This document shows, piece by piece, positions 1 to 8,015 of a DNA stretch of 64,000 bases. Positions within the stretch are counted from its first letter, which is position 1, and every line of letters starts with the position of its first letter. Both the position numbers and the translations under genes were made by a program. The notes under the pieces are model-generated. The model was not told the DNA's origin and searched no databases. It saw nothing but the letters and a program-made list of their open reading frames with translations. Source of the DNA: Bacillota bacterium (GTDB lineage: Bacteria; Bacillota; DTU014); assembly GCA_012719595.1 (NCBI GenBank), contig JAAYAB010000034.1, positions 32,902 through 96,901 of the forward strand, written 5' to 3'.

Positions 1-876
1 ATGCTGACAGTGGCATCCTGAGGGCCTGTCAGCGCTTCCACGCCTGCTATCTGTGTAAACGAAGCCGTGCACGACTCGCAGTTCGTCTCAAGCCTGGCAA
101 CATCCCTGGCAAGCGCCTCGTTCATTGCCCCCCATCCCATTCTCCAGCCGGTCATCGCATATGTCTTCGAAAATCCGTCGATGACGATCGTGCGCTCCTT
201 CATGCCGGGAATCGATGCGATGCTGAAGAACTCGCCATCGTAGACGATGCGGGAGTACACCTCGTCCGACATCACCCAGAGGTCATGCTCGATGGCCATC
301 TCTGCGATGGCCTCCAGATCCTGCTTGCTGAGCATTCCGCCTGTCGGATTCTGTGGCGAGTTGATGATGATCATCTTCGTTCTTGGACTTATCCTGCGGC
401 GAAGATCATCCACATCGAGGCTGAAATCCTTCTCCTCGAGGAGAGGGATAGGCACCGGCCGCGCTCCAATGAAGTTGATCACCGACTCGTATATGGGAAA
501 CCCCGGGTTCGGATAGAGCACCTCATCGCCGGGATCGACTGTAGCGAGAATTCCGTGGAAAATTATGGGCTTGGCTCCCGGAGTCACCACAATTTCGTCA
601 GGCGAGTACCCGATGCCTCGGGTCTTGGTCATGTAGTCCGCAATCGTCTCTCTGAGAACGTCAAGACCTGCAGACGGGCCGTAGTGCGTATAGTTGTTCT
701 CGATGGCCTTCATCCCCGCCGACTTGACGTTGCCCGGAGTGTCGAAGTCGGGTTCGCCTATACAGAAACTCACTATGCTTCTGCCCTGCCGCACCAGCTT
801 GTTCACTTCCGCTAGGACTTCGAAGGCTGTCTCTGTTCCCAGCCTCGACATACGCTCTGCTCTCTTCAACTTCACC
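1..876 (-). CDS. Class I/II pyridoxal-phosphate aminotransferase (aspartate/aromatic type). C-terminus lies beyond the window start.
   Basis: Reverse translation gives NSPQNPTG and GFSKTYAMTGWRMGW (PLP-lysine region). GTG start at 876 is preceded by AGGAGA. Not in the ORF track because it is truncated at the window edge. Confidence 0.8.
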
Positions 877-924
877 GCCACCTCTCCTTGCATGGACAAG
901 CATGGAAATACGAGGTTCTGATCT

Positions 925-954
925 ATTCTTGCATTGCGGGGGGGCGATTGTCAA
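925..954 (-). promoter_or_regulatory. Putative sigma-A promoter for the aminotransferase gene
   Basis: Minus strand reads TTGACA, an 18-nt spacer, then AAGAAT, about 50 nt upstream of the GTG start. Confidence 0.3.
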
Positions 955-1085
955 CAAACGCAGGACGGCGCACCTCTCAGGCTTTCGCCAGGAAGTCCGC
1001 CGCCTTGGTGGGTGGGTTCCCCATATCGGTCGAGTGGGTTCTCAGCACACTCTCGCTCCATCATACACAGATCCTCGCGGATGTG

Positions 1086-2570
1086 TTACTCCATCCTAGA
1101 GGTCTCGGCATAGGCTGCAAGAGCGGCCTCTAGCCGCATCTTCGTAATGCCGCAGGCCACTTCGTCGACGCCGTCGATCCGCCCGGACGCCTTGTATGCT
1201 GCGGCGTGGCAGCCGCCTGAGCAAAGGTAGCGCGCCCAGCACCTCCTGCACCGAGGCTTCTCGAGCACCCCGACTCCTCGGAAACGGTCAGCCACATCCA
1301 GCCGCGTGACGCCAGACCACACGTCGCCCAGACGCAAGCCGGTGTCGCCGACGAATTGATGACAGGGATACAGGTCTCCTGAAGGCGTCACCGCCAGATA
1401 CTGGTTCCCTGCACCGCACCCCATGAGGCGCCTCTCATGGCACTGACCCGTGAGCGCTCCAAGGTTGAAGTGGAAGAACTCAAACGGGCGGCCTGCACGC
1501 CGAGCACTGCGATACTCGGTCACCAGCAATTCGTACTCCCGGCGCACGGCCGGGAGATCGTGCGTCCCGATTCCATACTCGGATTCAGGCGATCCCACTA
1601 CCGGCTCCATCGAGATGCGGTCGATTCCAAGTCCCAAGAGGTAAGCGACATCCTTGGCGAAGTCAAGGTTGGCTCTTGTATACGTGCCGCGGACGTAGTA
1701 ATCCCTGACGCCTGTACGTTCAAGATACTCAGAGATGCCGGCCGCTACCCGCGCGTGACTGCTCGTTCCGTCAGGGAACCTTCTCCATCTGTCATGCGTC
1801 TCCGGGCGCCCGTCGATGCTGAGTATGACGCTGAAGTGCATCCGGTCCATGTATTCGACGATCTCCGGGGTGATGCCGACCGCGTTTGTCGTGAGGCTGA
1901 AGTGGACGCTCTTGTTTGCTCTCGCGGCCGCCTCGAGCGCGTAGTCGGCGATCTGGACCACCGAGTCGAAGTTCAGAAGCGGCTCTCCGCCGAAGAAATC
2001 GACCTCCAGCTGCTTGACTGCTCCCGACTCGCGAATCATGAGATCGACGGCCGCCTTCCCCACCTCTGGCGGCATCAGGGCCGCATCGCCAAACGGCGGC
2101 TGCGAGCCGCCCTGCCTTCGCCGCCACGCGTCTGCGACGAAGCAGTACGAGCACGCGAGATTGCAGGCGTGGGCTGCATGCAGGCAGACGGCCTTCAGAG
2201 GACGGTCATTCGATCGAGCGCGGGGAGTTGTGGACTCAGTGTCAGGCGCGCCGACGAGAGACTCGCTGTCCGCGACGCCGGCATCTCGCGGAATCGGCGT
2301 GAGCAACCCTTGCTCCAGCATAGTCTCCAGGTCTCGATGGGCGCTCACAACCAGTTCTGCGTCATATCGGCCTCTCATCGAACCAACGATGCTCGCAAGC
2401 GGGTACACACCAAAAAGGTCGACGATCTCGGACAACACATCGTCGACCCGGTGCAGCGCTCCAGATTCAACGTCATACAGATACCGAGTGCCCAGGAATG
2501 TGAACACATGCCAGAACGGGTCTCTAGCCTCTCTCAGAGGCGCCCCGCCTTTTGAAAGGCTTGGATACAC
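1086..2570 (-). CDS. scfB: Radical SAM/SPASM-domain SCIFF peptide maturase (thioether-forming, TIGR03974-like)
   Basis: CNLACSYCF CxxxCxxC motif. N-terminal FWHVFTFLGTRYLYDVESGALHRVDD is typical of SCIFF maturases. C-terminus is Cys-rich SPASM. GTG start sits 9 nt after the stop of the SCIFF gene. Confidence 0.85.
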   Translation of the reverse strand: MYPSLSKGGAPLREARDPFWHVFTFLGTRYLYDVESGALHRVDDVLSEIVDLFGVYPLASIVGSMRGRYDAELVVSAHRDLETMLEQGLLTPIPRDAGVADSESLVGAPDTESTTPRARSNDRPLKAVCLHAAHACNLACSYCFVADAWRRRQGGSQPPFGDAALMPPEVGKAAVDLMIRESGAVKQLEVDFFGGEPLLNFDSVVQIADYALEAAARANKSVHFSLTTNAVGITPEIVEYMDRMHFSVILSIDGRPETHDRWRRFPDGTSSHARVAAGISEYLERTGVRDYYVRGTYTRANLDFAKDVAYLLGLGIDRISMEPVVGSPESEYGIGTHDLPAVRREYELLVTEYRSARRAGRPFEFFHFNLGALTGQCHERRLMGCGAGNQYLAVTPSGDLYPCHQFVGDTGLRLGDVWSGVTRLDVADRFRGVGVLEKPRCRRCWARYLCSGGCHAAAYKASGRIDGVDEVACGITKMRLEAALAAYAETSRME

Positions 2571-2579
2571 TTGTGATCC

Positions 2580-2747
2580 CTACTGCGTGCGAGCACAGGG
2601 CTGGTTGCCCACAGTGCAGGACGTCTTGCATGCCGACTGGCACGAAGTCTTGCACTCGTGGCACGCGGCGCGATTAAAGCTCTCACTCGTTCGAGGCGGA
2701 ATTATGTTAGTGGCGTGGCTCAGTCTTGTCTCAGCGGTTGTTGCCAA
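2580..2747 (-). CDS. scfA: SCIFF (six cysteines in forty-five residues) ranthipeptide precursor
   Basis: C-terminal core CHECKTSCQSACKTSCTVGNQPC has six Cys and matches the SCIFF signature (CGECQTSCQSACKTSCTVxNQ). TTG start with GGAGGA SD 7 nt upstream gives 55 aa. In-frame upstream ATGs (to 2852) lack an SD, so a longer 90-aa leader cannot be excluded. Confidence 0.7.
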   Translation of the reverse strand: MATTAETRLSHATNIIPPRTSESFNRAACHECKTSCQSACKTSCTVGNQPCARTQ

Positions 2748-2814
2748 TTGGGTCTCCTCCAGTTCAAAGTAAGCAGTTCGGCGTGTGAAGGGTGGTTGTC
2801 CAACGGGAAAGCGC

Positions 2815-3024
2815 CTACTTGCGGACGCACGGCTTCCCGCCATAGAACGCATTCCACTTGTTGCAGCGCTTGATATTGATCACCAGCTCACCGTTGTTAT
2901 GGCTACACGTGCCATCTGCGCCGTAAGCAGAACACGCTTTGCATATGCGGTTGATCTCTTCATCTGTCAGGTGGAAAATCACACTGCTCACCCCGCCCCG
3001 CACATTCTCATGCATATTATACAC
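2815..3024 (-). CDS. Questionable small Cys-rich ORF (59-69 aa, 5 Cys) inside the SCIFF operon leader
   Basis: Six-frame ORF only. The first start codons coincide with or lie upstream of the predicted -10/TSS. An in-frame GTG at 2991 follows a G-rich stretch. Has a CxxC...C...C...C pattern with loose resemblance to DUF1540-type small proteins. Confidence 0.2.
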   Translation of the reverse strand: MYNMHENVRGGVSSVIFHLTDEEINRICKACSAYGADGTCSHNNGELVINIKRCNKWNAFYGGKPCVRK

Positions 3025-3044
3025 GATTAGCTAGCAGTTGCCAA
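3016..3044 (-). promoter_or_regulatory. Strong sigma-A promoter of the SCIFF operon
   Basis: Minus strand reads TTGGCA (3039-3044), a 17-nt spacer, then extended -10 TGTATAAT (3016-3023). This predicts a roughly 260-nt leader before scfA. Confidence 0.55.
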
Positions 3045-3100
3045 CGAACAGGAAGGCGTCAGGTACTTTGTGCTCTAGTCCCTCCTCGCTTGTCTCACCG

Positions 3101-3131
3101 CACTGGTGTCAATCTGCTCCACTAGTGTCAA
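3101..3131 (-). repeat. Two 12-nt direct repeats TTGACAC[CT]AGTG, 19 bp apart, upstream of the SCIFF promoter
   Basis: Plus-strand CACTGGTGTCAA at 3101-3112 and CACTAGTGTCAA at 3120-3131, about 60-90 nt upstream of the -35. Confidence 0.4.
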
Positions 3132-3151
3132 CCTATCTCACTCGTGCTTCG

Positions 3152-4150
3152 CTACTGCAGAGCCTCTGATATGTCAGCCGACATCACGAGGCTCACCAGC
3201 TTCACAGACGCCTCGACGTCGATCATGTCGACCATCTCCGACGGACAGTGGATGTACCTCGAGGGAATCGAGATGACCCCCGATCGAACACCGTCCCGCG
3301 TGAGGTGAATCGCACCTGAATCCGTGCCGCCGGCTGTCAGAACCTCCAGCTGGTAAGGTACTCCGTTCCGCTCTGCGAGATCGACCAAGAGCTGTTTAAC
3401 CTTCGGATGTGCGATCACCGACTGGTCCTTCACCTTTATGGCAGTGCCTTTCCCGAGAGAAACGGCCATTCTGCGCGACTCGGGAGTGTCGCCTGTCCCC
3501 GTCACGTCGATGGCTATCCCCAGATCCGGGTCTATCCCGAATGCCGAGGTCGCAGCGCCCCTCAGCCCCACTTCTTCCTGAACGGTGAACGTGCAATAGA
3601 CCTCGCTTTGGCACTGTTCTGTGCGGCGCATGGCCTCTATCAAGACTGCGCATCCTATACGGTCGTCCATCGCCTTGGCCACGATTCTCTGGCCAAGATC
3701 GTCGAAGCCGTGAAGGTATGTCGCACAATCCCCTATTGAGATCAGTTCCTGTGCGGATTCCCTGCTGGTCGCGCCGATATCTATGAACAGCTTGTCGAGG
3801 TTCAGTTCCTTGATGTCATCGAGCTTCTCCATCCCGATAGTGCCGACGACTCCATTGGTGAACCTGACCCGCTGGCCGAAGAGTCTGTGCGGCGAAACCC
3901 CTCCTACGTTGCTGAACCGCACGAAGCCCTTCTCGTCTATGTCTGTGGCGATCATCCCGATTTCGTCCATATGCGCGGCGAACTGGATCTTCGGGCCAGT
4001 TCCCCGGCGGACGGCGATGAGATTGCCCAGAGCATCGACTCGGATCTCATCACAGTAGTCTTTGACCTCGCTCTTGATCGCTTCCCGGATCTCATCTTCG
4101 AAGCCGGAAGGCGAGCTAATGGAAGTGAGTCTTTTCACCAGGTCTTTCAT
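3152..4150 (-). CDS. M42 family metallo-aminopeptidase (TET/FrvX/YsdC-like), paralog 1
   Basis: FAAHMDEIGMIATD and C-terminal metal-binding motifs. ATG at 4150 (MKDLVKRL) follows a GAGGGGG SD. The ORF-track N-terminal extension was rejected. Confidence 0.8.
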   Translation of the reverse strand: MKDLVKRLTSISSPSGFEDEIREAIKSEVKDYCDEIRVDALGNLIAVRRGTGPKIQFAAHMDEIGMIATDIDEKGFVRFSNVGGVSPHRLFGQRVRFTNGVVGTIGMEKLDDIKELNLDKLFIDIGATSRESAQELISIGDCATYLHGFDDLGQRIVAKAMDDRIGCAVLIEAMRRTEQCQSEVYCTFTVQEEVGLRGAATSAFGIDPDLGIAIDVTGTGDTPESRRMAVSLGKGTAIKVKDQSVIAHPKVKQLLVDLAERNGVPYQLEVLTAGGTDSGAIHLTRDGVRSGVISIPSRYIHCPSEMVDMIDVEASVKLVSLVMSADISEALQ

Positions 4151-5175
4151 TGACTGGGCAACCCCCTCGTAGCAATACTTCGCAAAACAGCTGAAGCCAG
4201 CTTGACTGTGTTCTCGAAGTCGGTCAGATTGAGCACGGATACAGGTGAATGTATGTACCGGCACGGCACAGAAATGACTCCGGCAGGGACTCCGGTTCGA
4301 GATAGGGATATGGGTCCGGCGTCAGTTCCTCCGGTGGTCATCTGCCGCAGCTGATGAGGTATTCCCTCGGACTCGGCTACCTCTATCAACCGTGTGAAGA
4401 GCGGCCTGTTCACCACGACCGAGCGGTCCATGAAGGTGATCGCGGGTCCCTTCCCTAGCTTTGTGGACTGCTTGTGCTCCTTTGCGTCGGCCACGTCGCC
4501 CGCAGACGTGCCCTCGAACACGAGCGCAAGCGATGGCTTGATCGAGTACGCGGCCGTGCGCGCTCCTCTGGCTCCGATCTCCTCCTGTGTCGTAAAGGCG
4601 AAGTACACAGGGAGGTCGAAGTCCATCTCCAACAGCCTGAGGAGCACCGAACATCCCGCTCTGTCGTCCAAAGCTTTTCCCTTGAAGCACCCCTGGCCGA
4701 AGACGCCCGCTTTCGTGTCAAACGCTGCCACGTCTCCACGCGAGACAACCTTCTCAGCGTCATCCTTGTCCTTGGCACCTATATCGACATACAACGACTT
4801 GGCCTTCAGCGGTTTTTTCTGCTCATCAGGTTCCTGCAGGTGAATCGGTTTTGCGCCGATGACTCCCGGCACTTTGTCTTTGCCTACCCTGACAGTCTTT
4901 GATACGAGCACTCTGTGGTCGATCGAGCCGATTGTGTCGATCTTCAGCAGACCGGATTTGTCGATGCTCGTCACCATCAGTCCGACCTCATCCATATGAG
5001 CGGCCATCATGACGGCGGGACCCCTCTTGTCGCGTCCCTTCACAGCGATGAGGCTGCCCATAGCATCGAAGTACACATCGTCAGCCAGTGCCGAGGCCTT
5101 CCTATAGATGTAGGACCTGACTTCGTCCTCACGGCCGGAAACGCCATCGAGGTTGCTCAGCTCTTGAAGCAGCAC
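4147..5175 (-). CDS. M42 family metallo-aminopeptidase, paralog 2
   Basis: MMAAHMDEVGLMVTSID, ALDDRAGC. GTG start after a GGAGGG SD. Overlaps paralog 1 by 4 nt. Confidence 0.8.
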   Translation of the reverse strand: MLLQELSNLDGVSGREDEVRSYIYRKASALADDVYFDAMGSLIAVKGRDKRGPAVMMAAHMDEVGLMVTSIDKSGLLKIDTIGSIDHRVLVSKTVRVGKDKVPGVIGAKPIHLQEPDEQKKPLKAKSLYVDIGAKDKDDAEKVVSRGDVAAFDTKAGVFGQGCFKGKALDDRAGCSVLLRLLEMDFDLPVYFAFTTQEEIGARGARTAAYSIKPSLALVFEGTSAGDVADAKEHKQSTKLGKGPAITFMDRSVVVNRPLFTRLIEVAESEGIPHQLRQMTTGGTDAGPISLSRTGVPAGVISVPCRYIHSPVSVLNLTDFENTVKLASAVLRSIATRGLPSQ

Positions 5176-6230
5176 TTCAATCCCTCCACGAAATCAGAAT
5201 CCAGGCTGATGACGAACTGTGCGAGCAGACGTCCAGTCTCCTGTATGTCTTTCAAGCACACGGTCTCGACCGAGGTGTGCATGTACTTCAGCGGTATCGA
5301 TACGAGCCCGGTCGGCACGCCGTCTCTGACCATCTGTATCGCATAGGTATCCGTTCCTCTCGGGTTCGGGCTCGGCTCAGTCTGATACCTCACGCCGGCC
5401 TCATCGGCTGCAGCTTTGAGCCTTTCCAGAACTCGGGGATGAACCTGGGGCCCAATCGCCAGCACAGGACCCTTCCCAAGCTCATACGCCTCGCTGTCGT
5501 CGAGACCGGGCATGCTTCCGTGGGTGACATCGATGGCAATCCCCACATCTGGATCAATGCCGAATGCACTCACAAGGGCTCCGCGGAGACCCACCTCTTC
5601 CTGCACCGTCGCGACGCAGTAGACGTCAGCGGCATGCGAATAACCCTCCAACCTGCGGAGGCACTCGATCAGCGCAGCTACACCCGCTCGATCGTCCAGA
5701 GCCTTTCCGCTCCAGTGCGAGTTCCTCAGGGCGGTCAAATCCCGCTTTATGCTAATGAAGTCACCCACACTCACCTGCGCTGCCAGTTCGTCTGCCGGCA
5801 GCCCTGTGTCGATCGCCATGTCTTCGATCTTGACGGAGCTGTTGCGCTCATTCTCGTCCTGAATGTGGGGTGGCTTGGCACCAATGATGCCGGGTACATC
5901 ACGCCTGCCATGGACTACGACCTCCTGGCCGAGGAGAACCCGCACGTCTATCCCTCCGACCGAGTCGAATCGCACGAACTGGTCCTTGACCTCGGTCACA
6001 ATCAGGCCGATTTCGTCCATGTGAGCCGCGAACATGACCTTCGGCGCCGAAGGAGAGCTTCCGGCCTTACGTATCACGAGGTTCCCAAGGGCATCGCTCC
6101 GTATCTCCGTCGCCCAGCCTCTTGCTTCGCCGGACGTAAACAAGTCTGACACAACAGACGAGACTAGATGCTCTCTTCCTGATACCCCGGACGAAGTACA
6201 GAGCCTCTCCAGGAATTGGTCTAGCTTCAT
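5157..6230 (-). CDS. M42 family metallo-aminopeptidase, paralog 3
   Basis: MFAAHMDEIGLIVTEV, ALDDRAGVAAL. ATG follows GGAGGAGAAGGGAGAG. Confidence 0.8.
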   Translation of the reverse strand: MKLDQFLERLCTSSGVSGREHLVSSVVSDLFTSGEARGWATEIRSDALGNLVIRKAGSSPSAPKVMFAAHMDEIGLIVTEVKDQFVRFDSVGGIDVRVLLGQEVVVHGRRDVPGIIGAKPPHIQDENERNSSVKIEDMAIDTGLPADELAAQVSVGDFISIKRDLTALRNSHWSGKALDDRAGVAALIECLRRLEGYSHAADVYCVATVQEEVGLRGALVSAFGIDPDVGIAIDVTHGSMPGLDDSEAYELGKGPVLAIGPQVHPRVLERLKAAADEAGVRYQTEPSPNPRGTDTYAIQMVRDGVPTGLVSIPLKYMHTSVETVCLKDIQETGRLLAQFVISLDSDFVEGLKCCFKS

Positions 6231-6329
6231 GTCGTCTCTCCCTTCTCCTCCGGAATCGAGATCATTACCTCTCTATTGATTCTCTGGCCGCCATGTGTTT
6301 CCTCTATCGCCACCCGAAAGACCGCCGTG

Positions 6330-6338
6330 TGCTATAAT
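6330..6338 (+). promoter_or_regulatory. Extended -10 element (TGCTATAAT) upstream of the methyltransferase gene
   Basis: Perfect TGnTATAAT with no good -35. Followed by a roughly 70-nt GC-rich hairpin-prone leader ending in a GGAGGGGG SD. Confidence 0.3.
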
Positions 6339-6416
6339 ACCCATGGAGGGACAACCCTGATCCGCCCGGGCCGGTCCCGAATCGGCCTGGCTTCAGCGCA
6401 CGGAGGGGGCACGCAG

Positions 6417-7328
6417 ATGAGTGATTCGTTCAGGGAACAGTGCTTCATGTGCGACGATGGGGCAACCCGCATTCGGCTGGTGCTCCAGGACTGTATGGAA
6501 GGCATGATGTCTCTGGTCGAACCCGAGAGCGTCGATGTCGTCGTCACGTCACCTCCGTACAACATAGGTGTGTCCTACAGCACCTATGATGATACGATCG
6601 ACAGACCGACCTATCTGGATTGGCTTCGCTCATGGGGAAAAGCCGTGCACAGCCGCCTGTCCGCCGACGGGTCGCTCTTCCTCAACATGGGAGGCAAACC
6701 CACCGATCCATGGATCCCATGGGAGGTCGCCTTTACGCTGCGAGACACCTTCAGCCTGCAGAATGTCATCCATTGGATAAAGGCGATATCGATCGACAGG
6801 GACTCGGTCGGACAGCAAGTAGAGCTGAGCAACGACATATCCGTAGGTCACTACAAGCCCATCACCAGCGAGCGGTTTCTGAACGACTGTCACGAGTACG
6901 TGTTCCACTTCACGAAGCATGGCAAGACGCCCATTGACAGACTGGCGGTAGGTGTGCCGTATCAGGACAAATCGAACATCGGACGATGGGAGTCAGCCAC
7001 CCAGGATCTTCGGTGCAGAGGCAATACGTGGTTCATCCCGTACAAGACTATCCAGAACCGGCAAAAGGAGCGCCCCCACCCGGCTACGTTTCCGCCCAGG
7101 CTGCCGGAGATGTGCATCAAGCTGCACGGACTCGAGCGCTGCCGGCTCGTGATGGACCCATTCCTGGGCATAGGCAATACGGCTATGGCCTGCTTGAGCC
7201 TGAGGAAGGCATTCATAGGCTTCGAGCTGGACGAGAACTACTTCGACGACGCGGTGGCCAGGGTGTCATTGGCGTTGTCTGCAGGCCGGGAAGGCCATCC
7301 TTCACTGTTTGACGATATCGAGCCCTGA
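6417..7328 (+). CDS. Beta-class DNA amino-methyltransferase (SPPY motif IV, N4-cytosine or N6-adenine). Apparently an orphan.
   Basis: VVTSPPYNIG (motif IV) precedes DPFLGIGNT (FxGxG motif I), and HPATFP is present. ATG at 6417 follows GGAGGGGG. No endonuclease-like ORF flanks it. Confidence 0.8.
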   Translation: MSDSFREQCFMCDDGATRIRLVLQDCMEGMMSLVEPESVDVVVTSPPYNIGVSYSTYDDTIDRPTYLDWLRSWGKAVHSRLSADGSLFLNMGGKPTDPWIPWEVAFTLRDTFSLQNVIHWIKAISIDRDSVGQQVELSNDISVGHYKPITSERFLNDCHEYVFHFTKHGKTPIDRLAVGVPYQDKSNIGRWESATQDLRCRGNTWFIPYKTIQNRQKERPHPATFPPRLPEMCIKLHGLERCRLVMDPFLGIGNTAMACLSLRKAFIGFELDENYFDDAVARVSLALSAGREGHPSLFDDIEP

Positions 7329-7384
7329 CGCTGATTTGACCTGCGACGGAGCCACCGAACCAGCTTTCGCCAAGATGCAGGAAC

Positions 7385-7404
7385 GCCGAGCCTGACGGCT
7401 CGGC
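7385..7404. terminator. Hairpin between the convergent MTase and abrB genes (possible bidirectional terminator)
   Basis: GCCGAGCC-TGAC-GGCTCGGC perfect stem. Flanks are only weakly T-rich. Confidence 0.3.
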
Positions 7405-7431
7405 GCTCATTGTGATGCCCATCTGGTGCTC

Positions 7432-7683
7432 TTACCTCTTCGCCTGCGCCGCGATCTCCTGCAGGCATGCTGCACATACGTTCTTGCCCTTGATCTGCTT
7501 GATGTCACTCGCGTTGCCGCAGAAGACGCAATCCGGAGCGTACTTCTTGAGGATCACCTCTTCGCCGTTGACGTATATCTCCATGGGATCTTTTTCGGCG
7601 ATCCCCAGGGTTCTTCGCAACTCAATCGGCAGCACGACTCGGCCTAGTTCATCCACTTTTCTGACTATTCCTGTTGACTTCAT
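7432..7683 (-). CDS. abrB: AbrB-family transition-state regulator
   Basis: MKSTGIVRKVDELGRVVLPIELRRTLGIAEKD is near-identical to the AbrB N-domain. SD GGAGAGGGG. The C-terminus carries four Cys. Confidence 0.9.
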   Translation of the reverse strand: MKSTGIVRKVDELGRVVLPIELRRTLGIAEKDPMEIYVNGEEVILKKYAPDCVFCGNASDIKQIKGKNVCAACLQEIAAQAKR

Positions 7684-7955
7684 CCGATATTCCCCTCTCC
7701 CTAAGGTATACTATACAGAAGCATTATAGCACAGCTGGTATCATGAGGACACGCAGCCGCGTTCCTCATATATCTCCCATCATTGTCACCTGCATACATC
7801 AGTCATGATTACCAACTTCTCTCTACAACAAGCTCTGAATTTCGACGTAATCTGTTCTAGTTTGACATAATTCGACACAGACTGGATATTGCAAGCCCAT
7901 GGTCTGCAGCGGCACTAAAGAAACCCATGCTAAAGAGCCCGTTCCGCCGGTCTCG

Positions 7956-7984
7956 TTGACAGGGCATGTCCACAGTGCTAGAAT
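7956..7984 (+). promoter_or_regulatory. Near-consensus sigma-A promoter for the UPF0016 gene
   Basis: TTGACA (7956-7961), a 17-nt spacer, then TAGAAT (7979-7984), in an AT-richer intergenic region. Confidence 0.55.
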
Positions 7985-8015
7985 GCGGCTGTTCGGCATG
8001 TTGGGGGGCTCGTGC

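Noticed and set aside
285-815. Plus-strand 176-aa ORF (with several overlapping small ORFs) antisense to the aminotransferase
   Set aside because: Shadow ORFs opposite a well-supported coding frame in high-GC DNA. No motifs or SD.
1437-2555. 372-aa plus-strand ORF opposite the radical-SAM maturase
   Set aside because: Antisense shadow ORF. The minus-strand frame carries the CxxxCxxC/SPASM motifs.
6231-7431. Restriction endonuclease or specificity subunit partnering the SPPY methyltransferase
   Set aside because: Flanking ORFs are an M42 peptidase and abrB. No additional ORF of suitable size is present.
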